Assembly: GCA_963760615.1 (NCBI GenBank)
Contig: CAVXDX010000014.1
Span: 32,001-96,000 of the forward strand
Direction: 5' to 3'
Source: an uncultured Candidatus Micrarchaeota archaeon
Lineage (GTDB): Archaea > Micrarchaeota > Micrarchaeia > Burarchaeales > Fermentimicrarchaeaceae
Length of the DNA stretch: 64,000 nucleotides
Made by a program: the position numbers and the translations under genes. The notes under the pieces were generated by a model that saw only the letters and a list, made by a program, of their open reading frames with translations, was not told the origin of the DNA and did no database searches. Of this stretch, positions 1 to 10,086 are shown piece by piece (the first letter of the stretch is position 1; each line of letters starts with the position of its first letter).

Positions 1-58
1 TGAGCACATCCACTACCACCTTCTCCTGCCCTGCCGTTACACGGTAGACGAATATCAA
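1..58 (-). CDS. spt5: Transcription elongation factor Spt5/NusG, N-terminus only (runs off window)
   Basis: TTG at 58 overlaps the secE stop (TTGA) and reads MIFVYRVTAGQEKVVVDVL, typical of the archaeal Spt5 N-terminus; conserved ftsZ-secE-spt5 order. Confidence 0.8.
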   Translation of the reverse strand, partial: MIFVYRVTAGQEKVVVDVL

Positions 59-246
59 GATTTCCCTCCCTTTTCAAGAAAGCCAAATATGATGGTTATA
101 ACATACCCTATAACTCCTATGGCTATCATGCCCAGCCCCGTGATCTTGAGCGTGGTGTAGAACTCATCAGATGTTGGCCTGTAGGAGACCCTGAGGACTC
201 TCATAGCCTTCTGTATGAATTCACTTATCTTGTCTGTGATAGCCAT
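55..246 (-). CDS. secE: Protein translocase subunit SecE/Sec61-gamma
   Basis: 63 aa with RVLRVSYRPTSDEF motif plus one TM helix; lies between ftsZ and spt5. Confidence 0.92.
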   Translation of the reverse strand: MAITDKISEFIQKAMRVLRVSYRPTSDEFYTTLKITGLGMIAIGVIGYVITIIFGFLEKGGKS

Positions 247-254
247 GGAAACAC

Positions 255-1316
255 CTATATTATGGAGTCAAGGTCTATCTCGGGCGACTCCAGCTTGGCC
301 TCAACCTTCTCGTAGTTGGGGAGCTTTGCCCCTGCGATTACGACAAGAACCTTCAGGTTTGACTTGTTCATTTCCGGCTCTATGCGGGCCCCCCATATTA
401 TGTGCGAATTGGGGTGTATCCTCTTTGAAATCTCCTCTATGATGAGCTCGGCTTCCCTGAGGGTCATATCCGCCCCTCCGGTTACGTTGACAAGGGCCTT
501 GTTCGCCTCTGAAATGTCGGTATCAAGCAGTGGGCTGTTCAATGCGTTTTCAACTGCCGTGGCTGCCCTCTCATCCGGCTTCGCATTGGCAGAGGACTCT
601 CCGAACCCTATCACGGCGCAGCCCGCATCCTTCATCACGGTCTTCAAATCTGCAAAATCCAGGTTCACCAGCCCCACTTTTGTGACAAGCTCTGTTATGC
701 CCTTCACGGAGCTTGCGAGCACCTCATCGGCAACCTTGAAAGCCGTGTTGAGAGGCAAATCAGGCACTATGGCAAGCAGCTTGTCATTGGGTATTACTAT
801 AACTGTGTCAACCTGCCTCTTGAGCTTGTTCAACCCTTCAAGGGCATTGGCTCTCCTCACCTTTCCCTCAGAGAGGAATGGCAGAGTGACAACGGCAATG
901 GTGAGAGCCCCAACGTCCTTTGCCTGCTCTGCGATTATATGGGCGCTTCCAGTGCCGGTTCCTCCTCCTAGCCCGCATGTCACAAAAACCATCTGCGCGT
1001 TTGAGATAACTTTGGCAATCTCATCCTTGCTCTCCTTGGCAGCCTCCTCACCGACTGTGGGGTTGCTGCCTGCCCCAAGCCCCTTTGTCGTGTTCTTCCC
1101 GAGGAGAAGCTTCTTGTCCGCCCTCGTCTTGACAAGGTGGTGCGCATCAGTGTTCATGGCTATGACTGAGGCTCCTTCTATGCCCACCTCGAATATCCTG
1201 TTGAGGGTGTTGCAGCCTCCTCCGCCTGTGCCAATCACATATATCTTGGGAGCTGAGCTCTCTATGAACTTCAGCAGCTCCTCATCATCCTTAGAAACAA
1301 ATCCTTGCTCAATCAA
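255..1316 (-). CDS. ftsZ: Cell division protein FtsZ
   Basis: GGGTGTG tubulin signature, NTD, NLDFAD motifs. Confidence 0.97.
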   Translation of the reverse strand: MIEQGFVSKDDEELLKFIESSAPKIYVIGTGGGGCNTLNRIFEVGIEGASVIAMNTDAHHLVKTRADKKLLLGKNTTKGLGAGSNPTVGEEAAKESKDEIAKVISNAQMVFVTCGLGGGTGTGSAHIIAEQAKDVGALTIAVVTLPFLSEGKVRRANALEGLNKLKRQVDTVIVIPNDKLLAIVPDLPLNTAFKVADEVLASSVKGITELVTKVGLVNLDFADLKTVMKDAGCAVIGFGESSANAKPDERAATAVENALNSPLLDTDISEANKALVNVTGGADMTLREAELIIEEISKRIHPNSHIIWGARIEPEMNKSNLKVLVVIAGAKLPNYEKVEAKLESPEIDLDSII

Positions 1317-1377
1317 AGTATCCCCTCTTTATAATACACAGATTTTAATCTATAAAGCTTTAATATGCTTTCGTTTT

Positions 1378-2166
1378 TTATTTAAGGTTGCCTGTTCTCA
1401 GCTCCATCTCCCTGCTCCAGTCTTCTACAGGCTTCTGGGAGCGGAAGTTCAACAGCTTAGCCCTCTCGGACTCCAGATGCACTGATGCGTCAAGTGCACC
1501 TTCTGTAACGCCATCGCCCACCGATATATCAGCTGAGAATGATTCAAGGAGTTTGCTCTCCTTTTCATATAACCTTTCTAGGTGTATAGTTATTCTAGTG
1601 GTTGGACCTATAGCTCCCTCTGTTGTCTCGGTATAGGAGATTAGGTTACCCCTGTCTGATAAAGTGGCATATATTGAATCCTGCGTTTGGTAACCAAAAA
1701 TAGTCCCTTTCACCTTAATTCCTTCCACCTTAGTCTCTTCCACATCAAAAAGTTTAGTTCTGCCTTCTATTTTTTGAGGACCGAAGTCGGTATTCACAGT
1801 GTCTGGGGAGGACCTGTCGATGCGTTCATCCTCTTTCTGCACTTCAATATGTACAGGGTATCTCCAGCTGCCGAAAACGAATTCAATATCGGCCCACTGG
1901 AGTTTGTTCAGGGAATCAAAACGCATCTTCTTCACAACGGTTCCTGTCTCTCTCCACTTCTCTGATGAACCTTTTTCTTTTGTGGTTATAGTTTCAATGA
2001 GGTCGGCCCCCCCGCCTTTTACATATTTTATGTTAAGGGTTCTTATCTCGCTTTTTTTACCCATTGTCTCCTCGCTTCTGCCAACCCACTCATCGCCGTT
2101 CCTCTCCATCACAAAATCGGCATGCTTTGCCACCTGTTTAACTGCTTCATCTAATTTCACAACCAT
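1378..2166 (-). CDS. Hypothetical protein (262 aa)
   Basis: Long ORF with upstream AT-rich intergenic region; no recognised motif. Confidence 0.6.
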   Translation of the reverse strand: MVVKLDEAVKQVAKHADFVMERNGDEWVGRSEETMGKKSEIRTLNIKYVKGGGADLIETITTKEKGSSEKWRETGTVVKKMRFDSLNKLQWADIEFVFGSWRYPVHIEVQKEDERIDRSSPDTVNTDFGPQKIEGRTKLFDVEETKVEGIKVKGTIFGYQTQDSIYATLSDRGNLISYTETTEGAIGPTTRITIHLERLYEKESKLLESFSADISVGDGVTEGALDASVHLESERAKLLNFRSQKPVEDWSREMELRTGNLK

Positions 2167-2234
2167 ATCGCAATTTTTCGATTTTTAAGTTTAAGAATAC
2201 AGCAGTTTATATAGTGAAACGGAGGATGTATTTC

Positions 2235-2447
2235 ATGAGTGACAGGAGAAGCAGGATAAAAGCATGCTCCATATGCGGCAGCCTGGAGATAGGTGCGCCT
2301 TCTCTCGGAGAGGGAGGTATTCCAGGCTCATCAGAAGTTGCTGGAATATACCACTGCAAGAGATGCGGGAATAATATGGTGCCAATAGTTTTTGATGATG
2401 AAAAGGCATATAGGAGATTTCTGAAAGAGCTGCACAAAGCCCTCTAA
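2235..2447 (+). CDS. Small zinc-ribbon protein
   Basis: CSICGS...CKRCG pairs; GGAGG RBS at 2221-2225. Confidence 0.7.
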   Translation: MSDRRSRIKACSICGSLEIGAPSLGEGGIPGSSEVAGIYHCKRCGNNMVPIVFDDEKAYRRFLKELHKAL

Positions 2448-2473
2448 TTTTTAAATAGTGCCAGCATAATTTA

Positions 2474-3415
2474 TTGCTAGATGGTGATATTTTGCAGAGA
2501 GAAGTTGAGAGGATAAGAAAGGATATAAAGAAGCTCAGGATACAGGGAGCCAGGAACGTGGCAAGAGCAGCAATGGCGGCAATGGGCATAATAGCCAGAA
2601 AATCAAAAGCAAAAAGCAGGGAGGAGCTTGTGAATGAGCTACTTGTTGCAGCAGATGAGCTGGCCGCCACAAGACCCACGGAACCCATGCTCAGAAATGC
2701 GCTGAGGTCACTCTTTGCGGATGTGAGGAGGAGCAAGGGGAATGTTGATGCTCTGAGGAAGCTCGTTGAGAGGGGGGAGCTGGAGTATTTCAAAAAAATG
2801 AAGGAGAACGAGGAGAGGATAGCCGAGTACGGGGGGAGGGAGCTTTCAGGCAGCTCGGTCATTCTAACGCACTGCCACAGCAGCTCAGTTGTATCAATTC
2901 TTGAAAGAGCAAACGAGCTCAGCAAGGGGATAGAGGTGATATGCACAGAGACAAGGCCGAAATTTCAGGGGCTCATCACGGCAAAGCAGCTCAGCGAGGC
3001 TGGCCTGAAGGTCACTCTGATAGTTGACTCGGCGGTGAGCCATTTCATGAAGGATGTTGATGTAGTTGTTGTAGGCGCAGATGCCATAACTGCCAAAGGG
3101 GATTTAATCAACAAGATTGGCACATGTGGAATTGCGTTTATAGCTCACGAGCATGGAGTGAGCATGTACTCTGCCGCAGAGACTTTCAAGTTCGACCCCG
3201 CCACCCTTTGGGGCGGAATTGAGAAGATAGAGGAAAGGAACCCTGAGGAGGTAGTAAACCCAAAGAGGCTGAAGGGGGTTGAAGTGAGGAATCCCGCATT
3301 TGATGTCACTCCTGCAAGGTATATCACGGCTTACATAACAGAGGTGGGAGTCATTCCGCCTCAAAGCCTGCTTGATGTTGCTATTAGGGAAGGAATTGAG
3401 GAGTTGTACAGGTGA
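2474..3415 (+). CDS. Ribose-1,5-bisphosphate isomerase (eIF-2B family)
   Basis: IQGA, RPTEP, THCHS, ETRP, VGADAI, NPAFDVTP motifs; adjacent to AMP phosphorylase. Confidence 0.9.
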   Translation: MLDGDILQREVERIRKDIKKLRIQGARNVARAAMAAMGIIARKSKAKSREELVNELLVAADELAATRPTEPMLRNALRSLFADVRRSKGNVDALRKLVERGELEYFKKMKENEERIAEYGGRELSGSSVILTHCHSSSVVSILERANELSKGIEVICTETRPKFQGLITAKQLSEAGLKVTLIVDSAVSHFMKDVDVVVVGADAITAKGDLINKIGTCGIAFIAHEHGVSMYSAAETFKFDPATLWGGIEKIEERNPEEVVNPKRLKGVEVRNPAFDVTPARYITAYITEVGVIPPQSLLDVAIREGIEELYR

Positions 3416-3419
3416 TAGA

Positions 3420-4943
3420 ATGGTTGAAAAGGGAGCTTATGCGTTGAAAGCCAAGACGTTTGACATTGAGACCGGGAAGAACATAGTTGTGCTCAACGAG
3501 GATGAGGCACATGACATGGATATGATTATAGGGGACAGGGTCTCCCTGAAGAATGGAGATAAGAGATGCACAGCAATTGTTGATGTGAGCGACACGCTTG
3601 TGAAGAGGGGGGAAATTGTGCTCTTCTCCGACACATCCTGCGGAGTCGGGGCAAAGAAGGGGGATATGATTGAGGTGAGCATAACAAGCAACCCTGCCTC
3701 CATTGAGATTATAAAGAAGAAAATGGACGGGGGCAGCTTAGGGAATGACGAGATAAAGAAGGTGATAGACGAGATTATGGAGAACAAGCTCAGCGAGACT
3801 GAGCTCGCCTCATTCGTGACTGCGCTGTACATAAGGGGTTTGAGCAATGATGAGACAGTTTATTTGACAAATGCGATTGTTGGTTCAGGAAGCATACTAG
3901 ACCTCGGTGTTCATCCAATTGTGGACAAGCATTGCTCCGGTGGAGTTGCGGGGAACAGGACTACCATGATTCTCGTCCCAATAATAGCTGCAGCCGGCCT
4001 GTACATACCGAAAACCTCTGCTAGATCCATCACTTCTCCTGCCGGCACGGCTGATACGATGGAGGTGCTGGCTCCTGTCACATTCAAGCTTGATGAGATG
4101 AAGAATGTGGTGCTAAAAACCCATGGGTGCATCGTCTGGGGTGGGGCCATGGACCTTGCGGCAGCGGACGACAAGCTGATAAGGATAAGGAACTCCATGA
4201 GGCTTGACCCGAAAGGCGTTTTGCTGGCAAGCATACTCGCCAAGAAGAAGTCTGTTGGGGCGGAGTATGTTGTGATAGACATACCTGTAGGGAGGGGAGC
4301 GAAGATTGAGGATACAAGAATTGCGAATGGGATGGCCAGGGATTTCCTGGAGATTGGCGAGAAGCTCAACATGAAGGTTGAATGTTACATAACAGTAGGG
4401 AACGGGCCCATAGGCAACGGCATAGGGCCGGCTCTGGAGGCAAGGGATGTGCTGAGGGTGCTGCAAGGAGAAGGTCCAGCAGACCTCACTGAGAAATCCC
4501 TGGTGCTTGCAGGAGCGCTGCTGGAACTGTGCGGGAAGGTGGAGAAAGGCAGGGGTTATGCAGTTGCCAGCGATATACTGAAGTCAGGGAAAGCTCTGGA
4601 GAAGATGAGGGAGATGATAGAGGCGCAGGGAGGAAATTCGAAGGTGAAGGTTGATGATATACAGATTGGCAGCTATAAAGCTGAGATAAAGTCTGATAAG
4701 GAGGGCAGGATACACCATGTTGACAACAGGATTATATCAAGGATTGCCAGGGCTGCAGGCGCGCCCAAGAGCAAGGGTGCTGGGGTGTATATGCACGTAA
4801 AGCAGGGTGACAAGGTGAAGGTGGGGGATGTGGTGTTTGATATAATCGCGGAGAGTGAGAGCAAACTCAGCATGGCGCTTGACCTTGCAAATACGCTGGA
4901 GGCAGTGGAGATGCAGAAAGTTATACTTCAAAAGTATGTGTGA
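3420..4943 (+). CDS. deoA: AMP phosphorylase (archaeal thymidine phosphorylase family)
   Basis: DKHCSGGVAGN, KTSARSITSPAGTADTMEVL, ASILAKK motifs; N-terminal double-psi extension of the archaeal AMP phosphorylase type. Confidence 0.92.
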   Translation: MVEKGAYALKAKTFDIETGKNIVVLNEDEAHDMDMIIGDRVSLKNGDKRCTAIVDVSDTLVKRGEIVLFSDTSCGVGAKKGDMIEVSITSNPASIEIIKKKMDGGSLGNDEIKKVIDEIMENKLSETELASFVTALYIRGLSNDETVYLTNAIVGSGSILDLGVHPIVDKHCSGGVAGNRTTMILVPIIAAAGLYIPKTSARSITSPAGTADTMEVLAPVTFKLDEMKNVVLKTHGCIVWGGAMDLAAADDKLIRIRNSMRLDPKGVLLASILAKKKSVGAEYVVIDIPVGRGAKIEDTRIANGMARDFLEIGEKLNMKVECYITVGNGPIGNGIGPALEARDVLRVLQGEGPADLTEKSLVLAGALLELCGKVEKGRGYAVASDILKSGKALEKMREMIEAQGGNSKVKVDDIQIGSYKAEIKSDKEGRIHHVDNRIISRIARAAGAPKSKGAGVYMHVKQGDKVKVGDVVFDIIAESESKLSMALDLANTLEAVEMQKVILQKYV

Positions 4944-4947
4944 TTTC

Positions 4948-5874
4948 ATGAAGCTGCTTAAAAAGAGAGTCAGGGATATGAAGCTCAGCGAGGATATGGG
5001 AGTGTCTGAGCTTGTGGAGGAGATGCGCAGCGCAGGAGGGTTCACTGCACGCCATCTTGCCACTGGTGTGAGCATACTGGAGGAGATGCTCGGAGACAAG
5101 GAGTGCATCAACTTCCTTTCCTTCCCGGCATGCATTGTGGCAACCGGGTTGAGGGGGGCTCTGGCTCAGTTTGTGAAGGAGTTTGATGTCATTATAACAA
5201 CCGGAGGAACATTCGATCATGATTTGGCAAGGGCATGGGGCGGCAACTACTTTGAGGGCAGTTTTGAGCTTGATGACGAGATGCTGCACAAGCTTGGGGT
5301 GAACAGACTGGGGAATGTGCTCATCCCAAACTCAAGCTACGGTGTGCTACTTGAAAAAAAGATGCTTCCGATTCTTAAGGAAATTACAAAGAGTAAAGAG
5401 GAGTGGAGCAGCCGGGAGCTGGCATATGAGTTTGGAAAGAGGGTTGATGACGAGAATTCCATCCTGCGCCAGGCTGCGAAACATAATATTCCAGTTTACT
5501 GCCCGGGTATACTGGATGCTGCTTTCGGAACGAATCTTGTGATATTCTCGCAGGACCACAGATTCAAACTCAACTTGATTAAGGATGAGAAGGAGCTCAG
5601 CGATATCGTGTTTGACAGCAAGAGGAGAGGAGCCCTCATGATTGGAGGGGGAATTTCAAAGCATCACACAATCTGGTGGAATCAGTTCAAGGGGGGACTG
5701 GATTATGCGGTGTATATAACCACTGCCACTGCCTATGATGGAAGCTTGAGCGGAGCGAGGCTGAGAGAGGCTATTTCATGGGGCAAGGTGAAGGAGAAGG
5801 CGAAGCAGGTTACAATAGACGGCGATGCAACTGTTATTCTTCCATTAATGCTTGCTGCTTTGAGAAAACGGTGA
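4948..5874 (+). CDS. dys: Deoxyhypusine synthase
   Basis: TTGGTFDHD, IGGGISKHH, DGSLSGA, EAISWGK (catalytic Lys). Confidence 0.95.
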   Translation: MKLLKKRVRDMKLSEDMGVSELVEEMRSAGGFTARHLATGVSILEEMLGDKECINFLSFPACIVATGLRGALAQFVKEFDVIITTGGTFDHDLARAWGGNYFEGSFELDDEMLHKLGVNRLGNVLIPNSSYGVLLEKKMLPILKEITKSKEEWSSRELAYEFGKRVDDENSILRQAAKHNIPVYCPGILDAAFGTNLVIFSQDHRFKLNLIKDEKELSDIVFDSKRRGALMIGGGISKHHTIWWNQFKGGLDYAVYITTATAYDGSLSGARLREAISWGKVKEKAKQVTIDGDATVILPLMLAALRKR

Positions 5875-5911
5875 CGTATAAAAATTTGAATTTATCCTTA
5901 CGAAAATTTGC

Positions 5912-6523
5912 CTAGCTGCCCTTGTAGATTTTAATGAAGGATGCCCAGGCAGCCCTCTCAAGATTGTCCTCCTCATCACCAAAGCAGAGCAGTAGCATAT
6001 CCCCATCTTGGAAACTGAACTTTGAGCATATTTCAGCAAGAGCAGGGAGATAATCGCTCTGCACTTCATCACATGAATCAACAAAGTGGAATCTTCTCTT
6101 TTTGAAAGAGAGTAGAGTTATTCCACTTGCGCCCATCCTCACAGCCTCATCCCTCACATCAAGAACCCGAGCAGACTTGCTACATCTCAAAAGAATCCCA
6201 ACACTTCTCTTATCTGATGTGAGAGGACTTGGAGGGAAGGTGTTCATACCTACAGCATACTTTCTAAGTTCTTTCAGAAGCCCGAAACCTTTCCTGGTTA
6301 GTTTGTACCCCATAGGAGTTGTATCGACAACTTCCTCTTTCTTAAGGAATTTCAGTAGGCTCCTTGTGCTCCATTCGCCTATGCCTAGCTCACTGCTGAG
6401 CCTACCCCTCCCTTTCCTATGTTCAAGCTTCGATATGGCCCTCAACGCATCAAGAGGCGAGAATGAAGGGTACGGACCGAATTTCTTCTTTTTCATCCCT
6501 TCAATCAGTCTTAGAGTTTTCAT
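5912..6523 (-). CDS. Winged-helix protein with DUF4443-like C-terminal domain
   Basis: GRGRLSSELGIGEWSTRSLLKFL HTH; VRDEAVRMGASG motif. Confidence 0.65.
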   Translation of the reverse strand: MKTLRLIEGMKKKKFGPYPSFSPLDALRAISKLEHRKGRGRLSSELGIGEWSTRSLLKFLKKEEVVDTTPMGYKLTRKGFGLLKELRKYAVGMNTFPPSPLTSDKRSVGILLRCSKSARVLDVRDEAVRMGASGITLLSFKKRRFHFVDSCDEVQSDYLPALAEICSKFSFQDGDMLLLCFGDEEDNLERAAWASFIKIYKGS

Positions 6524-6614
6524 TGCCCTGCCTCGTTTTATTTAAAAGGTTGGATGAATTCACCAAGTTATAAAGAGCTGGATGAATTAAAGCTTTCGCT
6601 TTGGAGGTGAGATT

Positions 6615-7904
6615 GTGAGAAAATGGGTTCTGATGCTGCTCTTGCTCTCAAGTGTAGTCATCGCAGATAAGGCTGGTTTGGTAGTTCAGTTCGATAACTC
6701 GACTGTTATAAAGAAATGCATTGAATTTCAAAGTGGTGCTAGCGCATTTGATGTTCTTGAGAATTCTGGATTGCAGATAGCTACAAGGGATTTTGGACCA
6801 GGGCTTGGAATGGCACTATGCAAAATAGGGGATGTTGGATGCAGCGCAGATAACTGCTTCTGCCAGTCGGAATACTGGGGATTTTACTATTTGAGTGGAG
6901 GTAGTTGGGAGTACGCCCCAGTTGGGATAAGTGGGTATACTATTAGCAACGGCGACGTTCTTGGTTTCAGATGGGGGGCATACGGGGACAAGCCTGAGCT
7001 TCATTCATTTGGCGAGATATGCTCCTCTCCAACCCAGGGCGGAGGGGGGAGACCAGTCAGGCATTTCGTTATAACTATGAATGGAAACTGCAGCAAGGAG
7101 CCGTTTGTCATTAATGTGAAGGAGAAAGAGGAAGGAGGAGTCATCTGGGAGCCCACAGCCTTTTCTCTAGCCGGTGATCAGAATATAAAAGTTGAAAGCG
7201 GAGTGGGAATCAAGGTTCTTTTGCACGAGATTTATTTTGGCAGGGACGCAGGTTTTGAGAAAGTGGCATTTCTCTTTACAAATAAGGAAGGAAACACGAG
7301 TTTCATCCCTGAGAAAGCTGGGAAGTACAGACTGGAGTTTGAAAAGGGGGGGGACTTCCTAAGGGAGGAGAGGGAGATTGAAATCGATGTATGCAAAAGG
7401 GAGATGACGGTAACAAACAAATCAGTTGAGGAACCGAAGTCAGAGAAAAAAGAGGTTGAGTCGAATATCACGAGAGTTGACATAATCTCTCCGGAGACTG
7501 CGGTAGTTAACAGCACAGTTATTCTGAGAATGCTATCAGAAACAGGGGAGCCGCTTGCCAATGAGAGCATAATTGCTGAGTTTTCAGGGAGCATGAAGGG
7601 GCTTATAACAAATGAGAGCGGAGAGGTGGCATTCACCGCTGAGAAGGAAGGGGTCTACAGCTACAGCTCACCTAACCATACTCTGCTTGTATACAGAGTT
7701 ACGAATGTTATCGAAGCAACCAAAGTTGTGTTGAAAAGCAAAACACCACTAGTTATGCAAAGAGACGAGACGCCTCCATCTGTAGGGATGGCAGTTGCGA
7801 ACCCGCTCCAAAATGCTCTATCTGCTCTGGTTGGAGGGATAATTGTTCTAGCCTTGCTTTATATGCTCCAAAAGGCGAGAAAAATGCATTCTGGTAAATC
7901 ATAA
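6615..7904 (+). CDS. Exported, membrane-anchored protein with DUF4430/transcobalamin-like N-terminal domain
   Basis: Signal peptide; YWGFY..W.YAPVGISGYTISNGDVLGFRW motif; C-terminal TM followed by basic tail. Confidence 0.6.
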   Translation: MRKWVLMLLLLSSVVIADKAGLVVQFDNSTVIKKCIEFQSGASAFDVLENSGLQIATRDFGPGLGMALCKIGDVGCSADNCFCQSEYWGFYYLSGGSWEYAPVGISGYTISNGDVLGFRWGAYGDKPELHSFGEICSSPTQGGGGRPVRHFVITMNGNCSKEPFVINVKEKEEGGVIWEPTAFSLAGDQNIKVESGVGIKVLLHEIYFGRDAGFEKVAFLFTNKEGNTSFIPEKAGKYRLEFEKGGDFLREEREIEIDVCKREMTVTNKSVEEPKSEKKEVESNITRVDIISPETAVVNSTVILRMLSETGEPLANESIIAEFSGSMKGLITNESGEVAFTAEKEGVYSYSSPNHTLLVYRVTNVIEATKVVLKSKTPLVMQRDETPPSVGMAVANPLQNALSALVGGIIVLALLYMLQKARKMHSGKS

Positions 7905-8072
7905 AATCAACAAATAGAAAGCGGTGATATATAAAATTTAGTTAACAGTTTGTTAACAAAATTATTTGGAGTAAATTATAATTCGTGCAAAGTTGTAATT
8001 ATCTGATATATTCTATTTTTCATCCCTGCAACTCCCATTTAATTTATTAATGACCTAAAGCAGAATATACGT

Positions 8073-9632
8073 ATGCTCAAAGAAGTTGAGAAAAGGGAGA
8101 AGGAAGACCTTTGGCCTAGGTTGAAAAAGGGGGACGAAGTACAGTGGTCTGAGGTTAGAAATGCCTTCCCCGAACCGTCAGAATGCTTCCCAAAATCTAA
8201 AATTCGCGTCTACTTCAATGATGCAAGCATCGGCATACCGTCAAAATTATCCAGCTTGGCTGCAAGAATGGAGTACACCAAGCTCTTCGTTAAACGAGTA
8301 GACCTAGATAAAAACTTTCAGGAGCAGCTTGAGCTTGTTGAAGAGACAAGAAAAAGGGTTGCAAAGCTTTTGGGAACAAAAGCGGAGAATATAATATTTG
8401 ACAACAACACCACTGAGGTAATGAAGCTTGCTGCTGCAATGGTTTTGAAAAAAGGCGACCACCTTATAACTACAAGCGGCGAGTATGCCCCAAGCATGCG
8501 TGTCTTCTTTGATTCACTCTACAGACTCCCAAAAGTGAGTGAGATGCATGCAGAGCGAGATATCCAATTCGGGCAGTTGCATATCAGGGAGTTCACAGCC
8601 GTCCCGGAGAGGTTTGAGGATGTAGGTATAACCATGCAAAACTTTGCACTTTCGTCAGGTGCAGTACAGCACGGTCATCCCCAATTCATTCAGGTGATTG
8701 GTGGCGATAGGAGATATCACGATGTTAAAATGAAAGTTGTTAAGCTTGGCGAGAGCGATGAGGAGATAGTCTCCATTATAGAAAAAGCAATCACGCCTAA
8801 AACAAAGCTTATTGTTGTTAGTCATGTGCTGAGGCAGGATGGCAGCATAATGCCAGTTAGAGAGATAGCGGATATGGTGAGAGAGCATTCAAAGGAGGAT
8901 AGGCCGCTTTATTTCCTTGTAGATGGCGCTCAGGCGCTCGGCAACCTGCATCCGAGGCAGCTTAGAGTTGAGAAAATTGGGTGCGACTTCTACACCGGTT
9001 GTTCGCATAAAACTGGTCTCTCCGAACCTGCAACAGGATTCCTATTTGTTAACGAGAGAAACAGGAAATTAATCCAGAACCTACTTGAACCGAACCTCTA
9101 TTTCCCTCACTTCCCGCTTTTTGAACTTAAAGCATTCCAATTCCATCCGGATAATCAGCCGGTTGACATGTTCAAAGGTTATGATGGGAAGGTAGAACCT
9201 AGGACTGTCAATGACTGGGCGGGCTTAGATGACAGAACTATGACAGAGTTCAAGAGGATATCAACCCCTGAAATAGCATCTTTCGACATATCGCTGCAAA
9301 TTTTTGAGTTTATTGGATGGGATAATGCGCAGAAGAGGATAACAGATTTAAGAGAATACGCAGTTGATAAGTTAAGAGCCATACCGGGAGTAGTCCTGGA
9401 GGTTAGTGAGAAAGTGAAATACTCTCCGGCAATACTCTCATTCTCACTTGAGGGAAAGGATTCCGCAAAGGTTATTAAGGAGCTGAGCAAGAGAGGCATA
9501 GAGACAACTTATATACCGCAATGCGGTAGCATAAGGCTATCATTTTCAATCAGAAACAATGAATGGGATGTGGATAAGCTTGTTGAAGAGCTTAGGGAGA
9601 TCAGCTCGGGAAAGCCAAAAACTCTGGAATGA
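8073..9632 (+). CDS. PLP-dependent aminotransferase class V family protein
   Basis: NTTE, VSHV, VDGAQALG, CSHK (PLP lysine), IRLSF motifs. Confidence 0.85.
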   Translation: MLKEVEKREKEDLWPRLKKGDEVQWSEVRNAFPEPSECFPKSKIRVYFNDASIGIPSKLSSLAARMEYTKLFVKRVDLDKNFQEQLELVEETRKRVAKLLGTKAENIIFDNNTTEVMKLAAAMVLKKGDHLITTSGEYAPSMRVFFDSLYRLPKVSEMHAERDIQFGQLHIREFTAVPERFEDVGITMQNFALSSGAVQHGHPQFIQVIGGDRRYHDVKMKVVKLGESDEEIVSIIEKAITPKTKLIVVSHVLRQDGSIMPVREIADMVREHSKEDRPLYFLVDGAQALGNLHPRQLRVEKIGCDFYTGCSHKTGLSEPATGFLFVNERNRKLIQNLLEPNLYFPHFPLFELKAFQFHPDNQPVDMFKGYDGKVEPRTVNDWAGLDDRTMTEFKRISTPEIASFDISLQIFEFIGWDNAQKRITDLREYAVDKLRAIPGVVLEVSEKVKYSPAILSFSLEGKDSAKVIKELSKRGIETTYIPQCGSIRLSFSIRNNEWDVDKLVEELREISSGKPKTLE

Positions 9633-9732
9633 GCTCGCAGAGCGTTCCAAAAGCCAAGTGTAAATTTTGTTAACAACCTGTCCACAAAATATAAAAATTA
9701 GTAAGTCCAATAAACAAGGAAGAGGTGAATGA

Positions 9733-10026
9733 ATGAAAATTTCAGAGCTCAAACCAGGAACGGGTAACGCTACTATCGAGGTTGCAGAAGTCACTGCGAT
9801 AGAGGAAGCGAGGGATGTTCTCACACGGTTCGGAAAGAAGACAAAGGTGGCCAATGCCACCATAAAGGATGATAGCGGCGAGATAACTCTCTCTCTTTGG
9901 GGGGATGACATAAGCAGAATAGCAATAGGGGACAAAATAAAGATAGAAAACGGCTGGGTTTCCGAGTTCAGGGGCAACCCACAGCTCTCTGCGGGCAAGT
10001 ACGGCAAAATAACCAAAGTGGAGTAA
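9733..10026 (+). CDS. ssb: Single-OB-fold single-stranded DNA-binding protein
   Basis: MKISELKPG..DDSGEITLSLWGD..IGDKIKIENGWV..F.G..QL..GKYG. Confidence 0.88.
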   Translation: MKISELKPGTGNATIEVAEVTAIEEARDVLTRFGKKTKVANATIKDDSGEITLSLWGDDISRIAIGDKIKIENGWVSEFRGNPQLSAGKYGKITKVE

Positions 10027-10086
10027 GGAAGTATTAAATATCAAGCCGAATTAAGTAGTATCACAAAATACCTAGGTGAAAGTAGA

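Noticed and set aside
316-1485. 389-aa plus-strand ORF
   Set aside because: Antisense shadow of ftsZ with no motif. The same applies to many Ser/Leu-rich antisense ORFs such as 2233-2946, 13519-13836 and 62321-63157.
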